Positions 1-14,175 of a DNA stretch of 64,000 bases are shown one piece after another. Source of the stretch: Eledone cirrhosa (Eukaryota); the NCBI GenBank assembly GCA_964016885.1, contig OZ024740.1, forward strand, positions 157,046,001 to 157,110,000, in the 5' to 3' direction. Every line of letters starts with the position of its first letter. The first letter of the stretch is position 1. The position numbers and the translations under genes were made by a program. Below the pieces are notes generated by a model. That model saw only the letters and a program-made list of their open reading frames with translations, was not told the DNA's origin and did not search any database.

Positions 1-1735
1 AGTGGTAGACAGTTCTTCGGACAGAAACTAAGGATTGAACTATAAAAATTCGGTCCATCAACAGAAGGATATGTGACGGAGATTCCCTATCACCATATCT
101 GAGACACTAAACAAACTTGGACTAAAAAATTAATTAGCTCCCATATTTATGGATGTTCTAAAGCTGTATGCTGCAGACAAAAAGACAACTCAAAACCCTG
201 CTACTGATATTACACGAATTTGCAAAAGATTTAGACATGTAATTTGGCTTAGAAAAATGTGTCAATGCAATTCTAAAGAGAGGAAAACTAGTGAAAAACA
301 ATAATATCATACTAGATAAAGAAACTGAGATAAGAGAATTAGATAAAACACAGACATACAAATACTTAGGAATCAACGAACACACAGAGAAGAAAGAAAA
401 GATTAGAAAGTAATACTATAGATGGATTAGATTACTACTTAAAACTGATCCACATGCAAAGAATAAGGTAATTGCCATCAATACTCTAGTGATCCCAGTA
501 ATATGCTAGTTTTAATATTCTGAACTGGATACTAAAAAAACGAGCAGGAATAGACAGAAAAATAAGAAACATAATGACTGAATTTAGAATAGGCCATCCA
601 AATTCAGATGTAGAAAAATTATGCCTTTCACGAACTTATGCAACTAGAAATCTCTTATAAAATAACTAATGTAAGACTACAAAAAAAAAAAATTATGAAT
701 AACAAAGTAAAGATGATAGAAATAGCCACGAAATGTGAACAAAATAAGAAATTGTTCTGTCTTGAAGGTGGTCAACACATTCAAAACAGACGCCAGATTA
801 ACAGATAACTGTGGCAAAAATGAAAACAAAGAAGAAACAATAATAGAAATTGTGAAAAACATAAAATCAAAATTGAAAACAGATCTCCAGAATGCCATGT
901 TATAACGATGGGAAGAAAATCACTTACATGGTCAATACCTGAAAGAACTGAATTGAGAGGGTACAAATCTCTCTAAACTGGCTACGATGTATTGGACTAA
1001 AGGCCGAGACGGAAGGATTTTTTATTTCAGCACAAGATCAAAGCCACCCCGCCAGAAATACACAATGAAGCAGAAAACAGTAAGAGATATAGCAGAATAA
1101 GTGGAGATGGGGAAGAAACAAATAGCCACATTATCTCTCTTTGCCCAGTCTTAGACAAAAAGGAATATATCCATAGACATGATAAAGTTGGGATTTACAT
1201 ATACTGAACGTTATGCCAACATTCTGAGATACCAACAGAAAAAAGATGGGACAGACAAACACAAAAAAATGTGTCAAAGAATAACAAAGCAAACATTCTC
1301 TGAGATATGTCAATACACAGAGACAAGAAGATCAACGCCAACCGACTGGATAGTATAGTCAAAGACAACAAAGAACAACAATGTTTTCTAACTGATGTAA
1401 CAATCCCCAAGGAAATGGAGAAACTATCCAAATATAAAGAGCTAGAAATAGAAATGACCCGAATGTGGATGATGAAAAAACAAAAACAATACCTATAATA
1501 GTAGGTACTATGGGAATAGTAAAAACCACAAACAAATACATAACCGAAACCTCAAAACTAACAAATATATACAGCAACACAAGGCACTGCACACATATTA
1601 TAAAGATTACACTCAATACAATAGAAACAAAGCCATTAAAGATCACATTGCACAAGTCCAAGACTCATAGAGCTGCGCTCATTCAAGATGGGCAATAATA
1701 ATAATAATAATAATATTAATAATAATAATAATAAT
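1..1735 (+). mobile_element. Decayed 3' part of an R4/Dong-type non-LTR retrotransposon (RLE endonuclease) ending in a (TAA)n tract
   Basis: Frame-broken remnants YKYLGI, KNKVIAINTL, RHDKV, NRLDSIVKDNKEQQCFLTDVTIP and KLSKYKELEIE match the RT C-terminus and restriction-like endonuclease; (AAT)n run at ~1694-1735. Confidence 0.8.
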
Positions 1736-2254
1736 ATATGTATATCTGATAGAAAAATAATATTTCACCGGTATAACGAAAGTAGTTTTCGTACAAATCA
1801 GTTTTAGCTCAAGAAACAATTATTCAGAGTGATAATATAATTAAGTTTAATTATCTTAAATGAATGATTAACTGAAATAATCAATTCTTTTTAGAATGTA
1901 TGTTAACACACACACACACACACACATACACATACACACACATATACACACACACACACATCATATACATATATATTTTATACTGACACATGCGTCTTTC
2001 TGGTTATCATATAAGAATAAAACTAAATGTTATCGCGCCTTCATTAGCAACAACACGAAAAGCTATTATGAGAAAATGTTTCTTAATGTTGTTTCATCTT
2101 TATCTCTATGTAGTTTTTTCTCTTGTAACATCTTCATATAGTTGTCGCAGTCATCAAAATCAGATTATTTCTAATCACTAGTTAGTAGGGGCGTGTCAAG
2201 TCAGAGATCTATTATATATCATCGCGCTGTATATATTGTATGTATGTATGTGGG

Positions 2255-2724
2255 AAAGAACTCATAAGAGTCAACGGCCATCCAAAAGAGTGTAAATAAG
2301 TATATACACATGTACATATGTATGTATATGTGTATATACACGGGTGCATGTATATGTATATGCGCGGGGACATAGAAATAGTCGGGCTGGACTGGACATC
2401 CGATCGCACAGTTAAACCAGTGGGAGTGAAGGACCCCTAGCCTTTGTCAGGGCATTCGTCTAGGTGAAGGCAACTCAGGAAACTGGGTTAACTCCGATAT
2501 AAAACCTGCGGGTCAGTAGTTACCAATGATGTTGATCTCTTCTTCTTTGCGGGTTATAACTAATGTCGCTCAGAGAGTGGGATTGGCTCAGTGCACAGTC
2601 TTTCCTGACTTGAAAAAATATCTTCACGCACAGGCAATGCACGTTAGAATTAATTAATAATTATTAATAATGTTATATCGTGCAATGGCCATACTCGATA
2701 ACGAGGGGGCAGCCATCATCATCA
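2255..2724 (+). repeat. Non-coding dispersed repeat resembling an RTE 5' UTR; inverted homolog of 29284-29881
   Basis: Shares long blocks with the reverse complement of 29284-29720 (e.g. ctcgataacgagggggcagccatcatcat); flanked by simple repeats. Confidence 0.6.
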
Positions 2725-2880
2725 TGCATGTGTATGTGTATGTGTGTGTATGTGTGTATGTATGTATCTATGTATGTACGTATGTATGCATGTATGTATG
2801 CATGTATTATATCATGTATTGTGTATGCATATCCCTCTCTCATATTATGTATGCGTGTATATATATATATATATATATAT

Positions 2881-3285
2881 CTAAGGCGGGTAAAATTCCC
2901 GAGATCCATGGACGAGTTCTCTCCAGCGGTCTCTGTCCCTCATTATCGCTGCCATATCCTGCATCCCCAACAGACCAGTGTCTGTCCTTAAGGCATCAAC
3001 ATATGTTAACCTTGGTCTTCCTCTTCTAGTGTGTCCATGTAGGGGCTCCCAAAGGAGCACTGAGTGCAATGTCAACTCTGGATGTCGGTGAGCATGTCCA
3101 GCCAACCTCAGTCTTCTCTGTGTCACTTTTGAGCTGACTTTTGGGATGCTCCCATACAGCTCTGAGTTTTTCATCCTCAGTGTATACTGATTAATGTTCA
3201 GAGCCATCCTCAGCATTCTCGTGTAGCACCCATCCACCATCTGAGTGAGTCTCTTGGTCAGTGTCCAAGTCTCAGACCCATACAG
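2881..3285 (-). mobile_element. 3' end of an RTE-clade LINE (5'-truncated)
   Basis: YGSETWTLTK...YTRMLRMALNI...RRLRLAGHAHRH...RRGRPRLTY...DRDRWRELV is a typical RTE ORF C-terminus; flanked by (TA)n. Confidence 0.85.
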
Positions 3286-3344
3286 AGATATATATATATC
3301 AATAATATTAATAAATGGAAACTATCTTTATAAAACCATATTTA

Positions 3345-3403
3345 TTTTATTATATATATTTCAAGGGTAGCAACATTTTTTGGTACGCACTCATCAGATA
3401 AAA
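3345..3403 (-). ncRNA. Type I minimal hammerhead ribozyme (family A)
   Basis: Minus strand reads ttttat-CTGATGA-stem II-GAAA-tatata-TA-ataaaa; stem III is palindromic. Confidence 0.75.
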
Positions 3404-3489
3404 TACAAAAGTTGTTTTATAGAAAATGACATATTCAAAAACAAGAACTTATCGTTTTAAGTTCTTAACGATAAGTTCCTGTTTTTGAA

Positions 3490-3548
3490 TTTTATCTGAT
3501 GAGAGCGTACCAAAAAGTCTTGGTACCCTTGAAATATATGTAATAAAA
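3490..3548 (+). ncRNA. Type I minimal hammerhead ribozyme (family A)
   Basis: ttttat CTGATGA gagcgtacc-aaaaagtctt-ggtaccctt GAAA tatatg TA ataaaa; stem I 6 bp; predicted cleavage after 3542. Confidence 0.8.
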
Positions 3549-3681
3549 TAAATACGGTTTTATAAAGATAGTTTCCATTTATTAATATTATTGATATTAT
3601 ACTCCAGAAGAAATCTGTAGAGTGCTTCGAATCTTTTATAAATAAATTTGATGAATAACCAACAAATTAAATAACTCTTTG

Positions 3682-3740
<59 letters not shown>

Positions 3741-3986
3741 TCAACGAGAATCGCATTTCGGCGGGTAGAAAAAGCGAAACGTAACGCAAATTCAGAGTCA
3801 TGCTGGCAAGTGCTGCAATGGCTAAAATACCAGAGCTATAAACATAGGTTATAAACGCCATACAAACTGAGAAGGCGGCCAAGATGGCATTAACCACCTA
3901 AGCCAAAAAACAAATCAAGCTAAACAGGTCAGAGACAAAATAAATGACATAATCATACATATATATATATATATATATATACATAT

Positions 3987-4050
<64 letters not shown>

Positions 4051-4057
<7 letters not shown>

Positions 4058-4437
4058 TAAAAAAATAATGAATAAAACAATGAAACAGTTCCTTATATTA
4101 AACAAAAAAAGTTCATTATTTAACGATCGTTTCTAGGATATATATGTGTTAGAATTGGCATGCATATTTAACAGATCTATGTACAAAATTATACAAAATT
4201 ATACAAACTAACAAAATTAAATATACATACCAAACAGATGGCATATATATGTGTTTGGTATGTATATTTAATGTTGATAGTTTGTATAATTTTGTATAAT
4301 TTTGTACATAGATCTGTTGAATATGCATGCCAATTCTAACACATATATATCCTAGAAACGATCGTTAAATAATGAACTTTTTTTGTTTAATATAAGGAAC
4401 TGTGTCATTGTTTTATTCATTATTTTTTTTATATTTT
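4051..4437. repeat. ~390 bp fold-back, same family as 44131-45355; retains only the 3' half of the hammerhead
   Basis: Arms are near-perfect reverse complements around ~4244; each arm has GAAA-cgatcg-TT, but the CTGAAGA core is lost at the apex. Confidence 0.85.
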
Positions 4438-4599
4438 ATCTTGACTCTGTTTTCCGTTTATCTTTCACCGAAAGTGATTTTTCATTGCATCTCTTCTTTC
4501 CATGATATCCGGATTACATTGAGTTCTTCATACGGATTGGACACTACCGTAAACTCTTGGTAGATTTATCTACATATATATATATATATATATATTTTA

Positions 4600-5090
4600 C
4601 TCTTTTATTCTTTTACCTCTTCCAGCCATCCAGCTGAGGCCATTTGGGGCATCGTCCTTGTTGCTACACAATCTATCTCTAGCCTGTATTGGTTGGCCAT
4701 TGGTGCAAGAGGGAGTTCGTTGCTGCTGCCCTTGGGTTTCCCTCCTGCCTTGCTGAGGGCTCATCCGGGATCCTGGATAGCAAGGTGTCGAGATGTTTCT
4801 TGAAAACATCCACGTCCACACCATGCAGATCTCTCAAATCCCTTGGCATCTTGTTGAAGAGTTGAGGGCCTTTGAACACCAGGCTGTTGCTATATCTGCT
4901 CCTTATTCTAGATGTGGGAGACGGGACCTTTGGCACCACACAGTGGTTCGGGTGTTGGTCCAGCTCCCAATCCCAAAGTTTGGTACTAGTCCCTCCTGGA
5001 TGTTCCATGTGTATATCACAGCGTATCTCTCCCGTCTTCATTCCAAGGAGTAGAGGTTCAGTTCTTTTGGCCTCTCCCAGTAGCTTATCT
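4600..5090 (-). mobile_element. 3' end of a CR1/L2-group-like LINE
   Basis: ORF 4679-5131 includes SLVFKGPQLFNKMPRDLRD...FKKHLDTLLSRIPDEP...RAAATNSLLHQ, resembling post-RT C-termini of this group; clade assignment is from memory. Confidence 0.7.
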
Positions 5091-5354
5091 CCCTTATAGT
5101 AGTAATAATAAATTTGAAGACTAAAATCCAAAGAGGGCTCGATAAGGATAAATATATATCAAATATATAAGAACCATAGAGCAAATATTTATTAAAATAA
5201 CAGATTAAAGTTGGGAGAGGGGGTGGAGAGGGGGTGGAGAAATGGCTTCTACAGAACTAAAACTGTTTCATTCGAAGGAAATCATCTACTAATGTATTGA
5301 GTACCTTACTGTGGATACTCCCGATTGAACCCGGGACTTACACACACACACATA

Positions 5355-5443
<89 letters not shown>

Positions 5444-5899
5444 CATACATATATATATATCAAACACACATGTATATATATATATGTGTGTTTATGTGTC
5501 TGTATTATGTATGCGTATGTACGTTCTCTCTTTCTCTTTTTTTTTTTTTCTGAATGTTGAGTTTATTATTGACCCGCCACCTTCCCAGTAGAAGATAAGG
5601 AAACTGTCGTCATCTCTTGTGTAAGTGTTCATCCTTTGAATCGTAAGAATGTTTTACAGATGCTGAAGGTTGCAGATATCGCGGACATTTAGGCATCCAT
5701 ACAAGTTCAAGTCCAGTTATATTTTGGTACAAGTGGGCTGACATATAACATCTAGCACTCTAAATAACGAGTATGAAGCTGAACCTGTACCTTCGTTATA
5801 GGATCTGCAAACTCCTCACAGTGGTCCGTAGATTTCTTCTTTCCCTGGCTTTTTTCTTATCACATTGACATCATTGGTCAGCTGATTTCTACAACAGAG

Positions 5900-6990
5900 T
5901 ATGTTTTTAATATGTGGTCCCAAACAACAGAATCAAATTGGTTGTACTTTAATTTGGTGGCAGTTTTTATTTTGAGGTTCGAGCAGTAGTCTTTTAAGTC
6001 ACCAGTCCCAACATATTCTTCCCGGTTTGATTTGATTTCCGTGTTCCGTAATGCATTACAGATCGTTCTAGTTGTCAAATCATGCCTCCTGGGAGGTAGT
6101 AACGAGAGGACATTCTTTCCCAGTTGACAATAATATGATTAACAGCTTTAATATTTGTTTCGTTTCTTCTGTGCAGTAGGTATTTGGTGGGGATTTATTG
6201 TTCCTGGTGTGTCTTGCTTGATAATCCGTCCTATGTCGGATTTGGTCGGGTTAATGATGCGTATAGTCTGGTTGCTGTTATAATCCCACTTGTGGACCTT
6301 CATTGTGAAATACTGTTCCCGTGGGCTAAAGTACGAGGCAATTCGTTGACCCGTTTTATTAATCTCGTTCATGATTGAGTGGTTGGGCTTTATGTAAGGT
6401 TGTTGTGGATGAAGTGGCGATAGTGTTCGTGGTTGATGAGGTACAGGTTACGTATTTTATCCGAATGTAATAGAAGGTCGATCGAGTACCTCAATTCTCT
6501 CCTGTATTGTCAGAGTTTCCTTTGGAATTCGTTGGTGTGTCTCTTGAAATTAATGCGCCCGATCAAAGAGAAGTCAGCGATTAGCGGTTTAATAGGTGAG
6601 TTCGAATCCATAAATGACACTCAATTTGAGATTGTCGGACTGATGATGATGTTGGTCGAAGAAGAATGCGCATAACGTGGTCTTTTTATGAAGGTATCAT
6701 TCTTCTGCAGCAGGTGTCTTAGGTAAGCGTTCCTGGTAGATATAAGTATGTTTTAGTCGAGAAGTCTTTTGATAGATAGGTGATAATATATAGGTGATAA
6801 TAGATAGGTGATCACTGTGTAGGAGGATTAAGTATAAGTTAGTGCTCGAAGGAAGGAGCTGTGTGTATTGAAAGAGTATGGTACCCAAATCGAGAAGACT
6901 TCAAATCTGGGTAGTACTCTATGCATGAGAGGGTGTTTAAGTGGGTATAAAGGTCGTGACACCTAGCGGTTTCAGCATGTATGTAGCAAC
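5900..6990 (-). mobile_element. Decayed Penelope-like element, N-terminal/RT region
   Basis: SDKIRNLY-like motif (cf. ADKTxNxY) and YFTMKVHK...IRIINPTKSDIGRI (cf. FITLKDHK...RLINPAKSEIG); multiple stops. Confidence 0.7.
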
Positions 6991-8719
6991 CCTCCCATGC
7001 GTAAACTGGGTATGAAAAATCTTTCTCAAATTCATGAAGGAAGTTTTTTTGGGAGAATGTGGGAAATTAAGTCACTTAACCGTACATTACTCAACTGGAG
7101 CGTAAACAAATCTAAACCTAAACTGTATTATCCACGAATCCAAGCCAGCCTGAACAATAATCCTCAATTCAAGCTTCGCTACAAATCCGTGGCACATCGG
7201 CCATAAATCAAATTCAAATACATCTTTCAAAAACATAATCCAACCCTCTCAACCAGGGAATTCGTAAAGAAGAAGAAACAGTGAAAATGGCAATGGGTTT
7301 GAATAAGGGTAGGTTTTTCTGGTGGGGTAGATTCATGCTTTCTATAGAAACACGAAGTGTTTAACTAATCAGTGAGTGCATAGTTTGAAAGTAATTAGTT
7401 TGCTAGTGTAGGCCTTCAAATGATCAAATTTATTACGCTTTGAAAAGAAGTCATGTGGAAGGCGATATCACTTACATTAACTGTTTTTAACTATTTAGTC
7501 TGATAAATAGTTTAACATATTTGAGCTTTGTAACACTTTTATGCATACAAAACAACAGCAGCTCTAAATGTCGGTTAAGAAGAGAGATTGGAACATGATA
7601 TTTCATAACATTTTGCTGGACGTACTACCATTTCTGTCAATAATACATTAGGCGTCCACACAAACATTTACAAACTCTCCTTGTTATTTGTAAATGTATG
7701 CGTGGACACAAAACTGCTGATGGGCTTGTAATGGTATTTTAAATCTGGCGAAGCCCATTCCACTCAGGCCGAATTCTTCCAGAGAAGGAGGGAGAGTGAT
7801 AGAGAATTGAAAAAGGGAGAAAGAAACTATCTCAGTACTGGACTGGTGCTTTTCTTATCGACCTCAAATGGATGAAAGGCAAAGCTGAACATACTAGTAT
7901 TAAAACTCAGAGCGCGGGTAGCCAGAACGAATACCACAATGTATTTTAGCCAACATTCTAACGACTGAGCCAATTCGCTGCCACGGGTTTAATATATTGT
8001 CTACAAATTTAATAACCAATCGAATCCAATATATTTATTCCAGAAGCTATACTACGATGTATCTAAGTAGCGTTAGTTATAATTGTGATAATGATAATTA
8101 TTTATAGGCGCAATATATCATACAGATTATTTCTTAATAGTTCAGATTCACTACTTTTTTCTTTTTTTTCAAATAATGGATATGCCCTCTTTTCCAGTCA
8201 ATGACTGTCATAAATTCTTCTTTTATTAAGTGATAATATGTTATTTGAGTACGAATTGACAGCTATTTTTTGCGGCTCGGCTACGTAGTGGCTTCCTTAT
8301 TATTTCACCAGCCGCATCATTGGTACCTAAATTACTCGAGAAGTGGTATTTATGATAGACTACTATATTATCTTCAAATAATGATTATTAGTCGTTTGTT
8401 ATGCTGTACAGATATATAAATACCGTTTGTTATGAAACGATATAGGTCTCTAAATTAGCATTAATAAATATATCTTTTATTAAGTTTTCTATTTACCAAT
8501 TTTACCGTTAATGAAATAAATTTTCTATTGGAAATCTCGTTCATCTTCCTGCGACTGAAAACGCTATTATTATTATATATATCATAACTATGGGTCTAAA
8601 TGTCGATATGTTATATAGATGTGTCTCCTTGAAACAACTCTGATATAGGAGGAATATAGTTTCTGATATTAAAAGCCTTAAGATAAATAAGCTGATTTAA
8701 ACTGCTCTCTTTCTATTCC

Positions 8720-8829
8720 TTTTTCTTTTTTCTTTTTTCTTTTTTCTTTTTTCTTTTTTCTTTTTTCTTTTTTCTTTTTTCTTTTTTCTTTTTTCTTTTT
8801 TCTTTTTTCTTTTTTCTTTTTTCTTTTTT
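8720..8829. repeat. (CTTTTTT)n 7-mer tandem repeat
   Basis: Directly visible tandem 7-mers. Confidence 0.9.
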
Positions 8830-9489
8830 GTCTTTACTAAAAAGAGTTCCCCACTAAGGTACTGTACGCAGTTGATTATTTTATTCTATTCTTCTAAAAT
8901 TTTAATAATACAATGTGGGCTATTAGAAGCCCAATACTTGCTCTAGGCATTCAGCCACTACTACCTATCTCTTAGCCTACGGCACATTTCTTTGTTGTTT
9001 ATTACGAACAGCAATACAAACTCTATTCTCTCTCCTCGGACGAGGTAAAAACATAACCTGATTTAAGCTGCTCCCTTTCTATTCCTTTTTCTTTTGTCTC
9101 TACTAAAATGTATGCTCTACTAAGGAACTATACACATTTCATTATTTTGTATCCCATTCCCCTCCCAACCCCACTCACCACGATATCTTGATCGACCAAG
9201 CAACCATTAAGAGAGCTACAACTTTGTAGATCACACACCACTCCAGAAACTACCACCACTCCTGCTACCAGTAATACTACCACCATTGTTATAAGGCTCG
9301 GGTGTAATTTTGCAGGATGAAGTACAAAGTTGAAAAAGCTTACCTTAAATGTGTATAAACCACACCCCACGCTAGGCCAGCTGCATATGATAATAACAAT
9401 AACAATAATAATAGTAATGGTTGTGATAGTGATGATAATGATTACGGTGATGGTGGTAATGTGATAATGACGATGATAATGGTAATAGT

Positions 9490-10645
9490 AATTGTTTCTA
9501 CTTTTGTCACAAGGCCAGCAATTACCCAGTGCATTACTGGTACTTTATTTTATCGACCCCGTAAGGATGAAAGGCAAAGTCAACCTCGGCGGGATTTGAA
9601 CTCAGAATGGCAAGGGCTATTGGTAATAGTAATGATATTAATAATAGCTCACTTCAATTTTAAAGTTTGAGCGTCTCTTAAAGTCGTTTAAGTCACCCTC
9701 TAGAGATGATGTCTCAAAGAAAAATAAACGGGTTGTAGTGGTACCTTAAAACCACTAACTTCAATGAGTGAAATGAATCAAAACATTTGTTTACACAGAG
9801 ACGTGAATGGTGCTGGAGCTACTAATGAACGTGCCTCGTCCAGCAGATGCTCTGTGGTTGAGCATCACGACATGACACTGCTAGAATGAAGTGGAGTAAG
9901 GAAGTAAACAAGGCTGTTATGGAGTGTTATTTTAGAAGCAGGCCTGTGAGTGAAAATGGTGTGCAAATTAGAGGATATAAAGAAAGGATGTTACGAGTAT
10001 GGCAGGAGATGGGGCTCTTTAAAGTAACTGAACAGAGGATTTGTGATCAGGCAAGGGCAATAAGCAAAAACGGATAGCTATATGAAATTGAGATTGAAAT
10101 GATGAAAGAAAAGATAAGCCATGAGGGTGTGGAGGATATAGAAGATAAGGATGTTGGAGATTCAAATAGGGATGAGAGTATGGAAAATTATGGAATTTAA
10201 CAGGAAGAGGAGGAGGAGAAAATCGATTAAATTGACCCCAGTGCATTACTGGTACTTTATTTTATCGACCACGTAATGGTGAAAGGCAAAGCTAACCTTG
10301 GTGGGTACTGGACTCAGAACGTCAAGTGTCATAACACTATGCAGCAAAGCATGTGGCCCGACGCTCTACCAAAATAATAATTGTTTCTACTTTTGGCACA
10401 ATGCCAGCAATTACCCCCAGTGCATTACTGGTACTTTATTTTATCGACCACATAAGGATGAAAGGCAAAGTTAACCTCGGCGGGATTTGAACTCAGAACG
10501 TAAAGAGGCATAAGTCTATGCTGCAAAGCATGGTGTTTGACGCTCTACTGATACTGCCAATCCACCGTAATAATAATAATAATAATTGTTTCTACTTTTG
10601 GCACAAGGCCAGCAATTATCCAGTGTATTACTGGTACTTTATTTT
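9490..10645 (-). mobile_element. Cluster of tRNA-derived SINE copies (~9490-9615, 10225-10370, 10378-10568, 10585-10645)
   Basis: Reverse complement of the B-box gagttcaaatcc plus the conserved body gcctttcatccttacggggtcgataaaataaagtaccag, as at 12405 and 61513. Confidence 0.85.
9690..10200 (+). mobile_element. 5' fragment of an R4/Dong-type LINE
   Basis: [19 protein letters not shown]...[12 protein letters not shown]...[12 protein letters not shown] resembles the N-terminal domain of R4/Dong ORFs. Confidence 0.7.
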
Positions 10646-12237
10646 AAGTCTTTATAGCAACGAGTTACAGTTATAGTAAATGTGAATACTGTGGATATTC
10701 AGGAAAACAAGCAAACTGCTGACACATGAAGACTATATTTTCCACGAATGCAGACAGGGCTTATAAGGGAAAATGATCATTAAATATATCTTTTGGCGAC
10801 ACAAGTATATCTAGTAAGAAATAAAATAGAAACTATTCAAACTAACAAAATAATGAACTATTTTCTGCTCCCAAGTAAGCCACTTTATACAGAAAAGAAA
10901 TTGAAGAGAAGTTGAAAGAGAAACAGCAGTAAAAACTATTAGGAACCTCAATACCAGGCTGAACATAGGATTGAAAAGTCATGTACTGTAACGTTGGCAA
11001 GAGAATCCCTTACATGTCTAATACATGAAAAGTCCCAACAAAATAGAAGTATATACATGAAAACCTGAGACCAACTCAAGCTGAAAACGTAAAACTCAAA
11101 GCTGAGATCAAAAAGTTTTTCATCATAAACTACCATATATATATATATATATATAAATTAGTGAGAATCGTATTTCGGCTATTGGAAATTAGCGAAAAAC
11201 AACTTCCGTGATGTGTGGCAAGCGCTCCATAGAAGCTAGTGAACTAGAGCAACAACATAAGTTAAAAGGCCAAACACACTGAGACGATAGTTAAACCATT
11301 ATCCGCACAGCCATAGAAACGACCAAGCAATTCGGGTCAAACAAATAATATATATATATATGGTAGTTTCTGATGAAAGTATCGAGTACTCTGGTGCGTT
11401 ATGGTCCACTTGGTTTCTTACCACATTTTCTTTATATATATATATATAGGAAAGTGTTTAACCCCGACGGCAGAGCTCATGCCGTTTCGACGGCTATTTC
11501 TGGACTAAATTAGTATTTTTAGTGTGGTAATAAATAGCCGAACTTTTCAAGTGGTAATTCCTTATATGGGAAGATTGTAGTTGTCAAAAGGATTGGTCAA
11601 CATGTCGTCGGGGTTAAACACTTTCCTATTACCCACTCTACTACCCTAAGTATTGAGTACTCTGGTCGTTATGGTCTATCTGGTTCCTTACCATACTTCC
11701 TTCGCTATATATATATTTGAGGAGTTATGGTACACAGTAGCTATTACATTAACTATGTTATTCAGGTGCAAATATTTCTTTGGCTGCCTATTTCAGATTT
11801 TTCCAGTGACATACCCTGAACCCCCATTCTATATTTACGCCATTTTATTATGGTTGTGCTCTTTTCGTTTAAGTCTGAAAGCGTTCCAAAGCATGAAGTA
11901 GAGAGAGTTGATTTAGATACATAGAGTCGTAAAGGAAAAGTAAGGAAGGTAATTTAATATTATAGTTAAAAGTAGTCTATGGAAAAGTAAAATTTCTGAT
12001 AAAATAAAGGGAGCTAACTGTTGAAGGATCTTGTGTACTTAAAACAGAAAATTACAGAGATTGGAGAGGAAGGTTCATGTGATATTGGTGGGCTTTGAAT
12101 GCGATCCCTGGTGTTAGATTTCTTTAATCTGGTAAGGGCGAATTATTTCTAGTTCTTGAGAATGAGTTTGAGAAAGTGACGACAGCGACGTCCACGCAAG
12201 CACAGACACACACACACACGCACACACACACACACAT

Positions 12238-12305
<68 letters not shown>

Positions 12306-12404
12306 ACACACACACACACACAGGTTAGAATGTATGTTTTCAATAGCATAGTATTTAAAACAACCAAACATTAATTCATTGAGCAGTTAATTCGCGTAGC
12401 TATT

Positions 12405-12592
12405 GTGGATTGGCAGTATCGGTAGAAAGTCGGACACCATGCTTTGCAGTATAGAGTTACGGCTCTATACGGTCTGAGTTCAAATCCCGCCGAGGTTAAC
12501 TTTGCCTTTCATCCTTACGGGGTCGATAAAATAAAGTACCAGTAATGCACTGAGTAATTGCTGGCCTTGTGCCAAAAGTAGAAACAATTATT
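12405..12592 (+). mobile_element. tRNA-derived SINE, near full length
   Basis: A-box-like tggcagtatcgg, B-box gagttcaaatcc, conserved body, 3' end gtagaaacaatta. Confidence 0.85.
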
Positions 12593-12797
12593 CTATAAGT
12601 AGAAAAGTGGCAATGACGTCGAAGTTTCAGCTAAGTCGAATTATTTGGATCCATCAGATTGTCAAATAAGCTGTCCTTATACAGATTAATATATAGCAGG
12701 ATAGTCATGACAAGATTAGCGAATCTATTAATTTCTGACTTGGCGTCATAAGTGCGAGTGTTTTCTTGTGTGTATATAGGTATTTTTAGTTTATGGG

Positions 12798-12831
<34 letters not shown>

Positions 12832-12849
12832 TTGTGTGTGTACATATGC

Positions 12850-12917
<68 letters not shown>

Positions 12918-14067
12918 ATTTGTGTGTGTTGTGTGTTGTGTGCGTGCGTGTGTGTCTGTGTGTGTGTCTGTGTTTACACCATGACAGAGTTGGAACTTTC
13001 GTACACTGGAAATTATGCCACATTTAAGAAATACCCCAGAAAGCAGTTAAAATAAGCATAGCACAAAATCCCTCAGATAATGACATGATCGTACTTTGAA
13101 ACATGCCAATTTATATACAGAGATTAAGACAAATCGTTCAGATATTATTGACGAAGGCCATCATTAACGGTAATGCCACCTTATCAATGTATCAATTTTA
13201 ACAGATGACAATATATATCTAAAACAATTGAACATTTTTTATAAAGACTAGAAATAAAGACAAACAGAATATGGAGGCTGAAAACGGAAACTATCCCGAT
13301 CGTAATAGAAAGTTTTGGGGGATATTAACACTTTAGCATTTAAACCGGCCATATCTGGCCAGAATTCTTTCACCGCTTTCTGTTCAAACTGGCCATAAAT
13401 GAACACTGATACTGATATTAAGGTATTGTTCTCAAAATAAATAATATCATCATCAAAATCTCGTAGATTCCATATGATGTAAGATAATTATATGAGATAA
13501 AACCACAAAAATACAACAGTAAATATAGAGTAATGTAAATGCTAAAGGGAGAGAGGATTCAAGAAATAACGTAATAAAGCTCATGTCTTCAGAAAACAAT
13601 TAATCAATTCAAATGGGAAAATTATTTGTATAAAAGTATGCTTTAGTCTCGGTCTTTTCGAAAAATGTTTACATGTTAATTGTCCTTTACATTTTGAACA
13701 GACTCAGATGCAACAAAACGGCTTTTGCTAAAGCATAGTTATATTCTTTTTTGAATTTTCGATGAACAATCATTTTCAGAACCAATATATTGGAAGTGAA
13801 GTAAACGGATGCATAAATGATTTGCTGAAATACTGAGTGGGTGTATTAAAGACGTAAAGGTCTAACAGGTAGCTCGGCAGTTTCAGGTAGTAGTCTCTTC
13901 TAACTTCTGAAGAAGCTTGGAGAGGCTATCAGCTGATGTAACACACTAAAACAACCCGCGCCTGTGATCGAACCTTTGCCACATTAATGCACTCACTTTA
14001 TGTATAAATCAGTCATGTTATATTACAGAAAATATCAAAACATCCATAGCATTCACTTATAGACCAA

Positions 14068-14156
<89 letters not shown>

Positions 14157-14175
14157 TACATACATACATACATAC

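Larger units (their letters stand above)
3297..3596. repeat. ~300 bp fold-back (inverted repeat) carrying two divergent hammerhead motifs
   Basis: 3297-3403 is the near reverse complement of 3490-3596; there is also an inner hairpin at ~3433-3490. Confidence 0.9.

Noticed and set aside
5240-5292. Minus-strand tagatga-tttccttcgaat-gaaa motif next to a family D terminus
   Set aside because: The core has two changes and stem I is poor; probably a decayed relative
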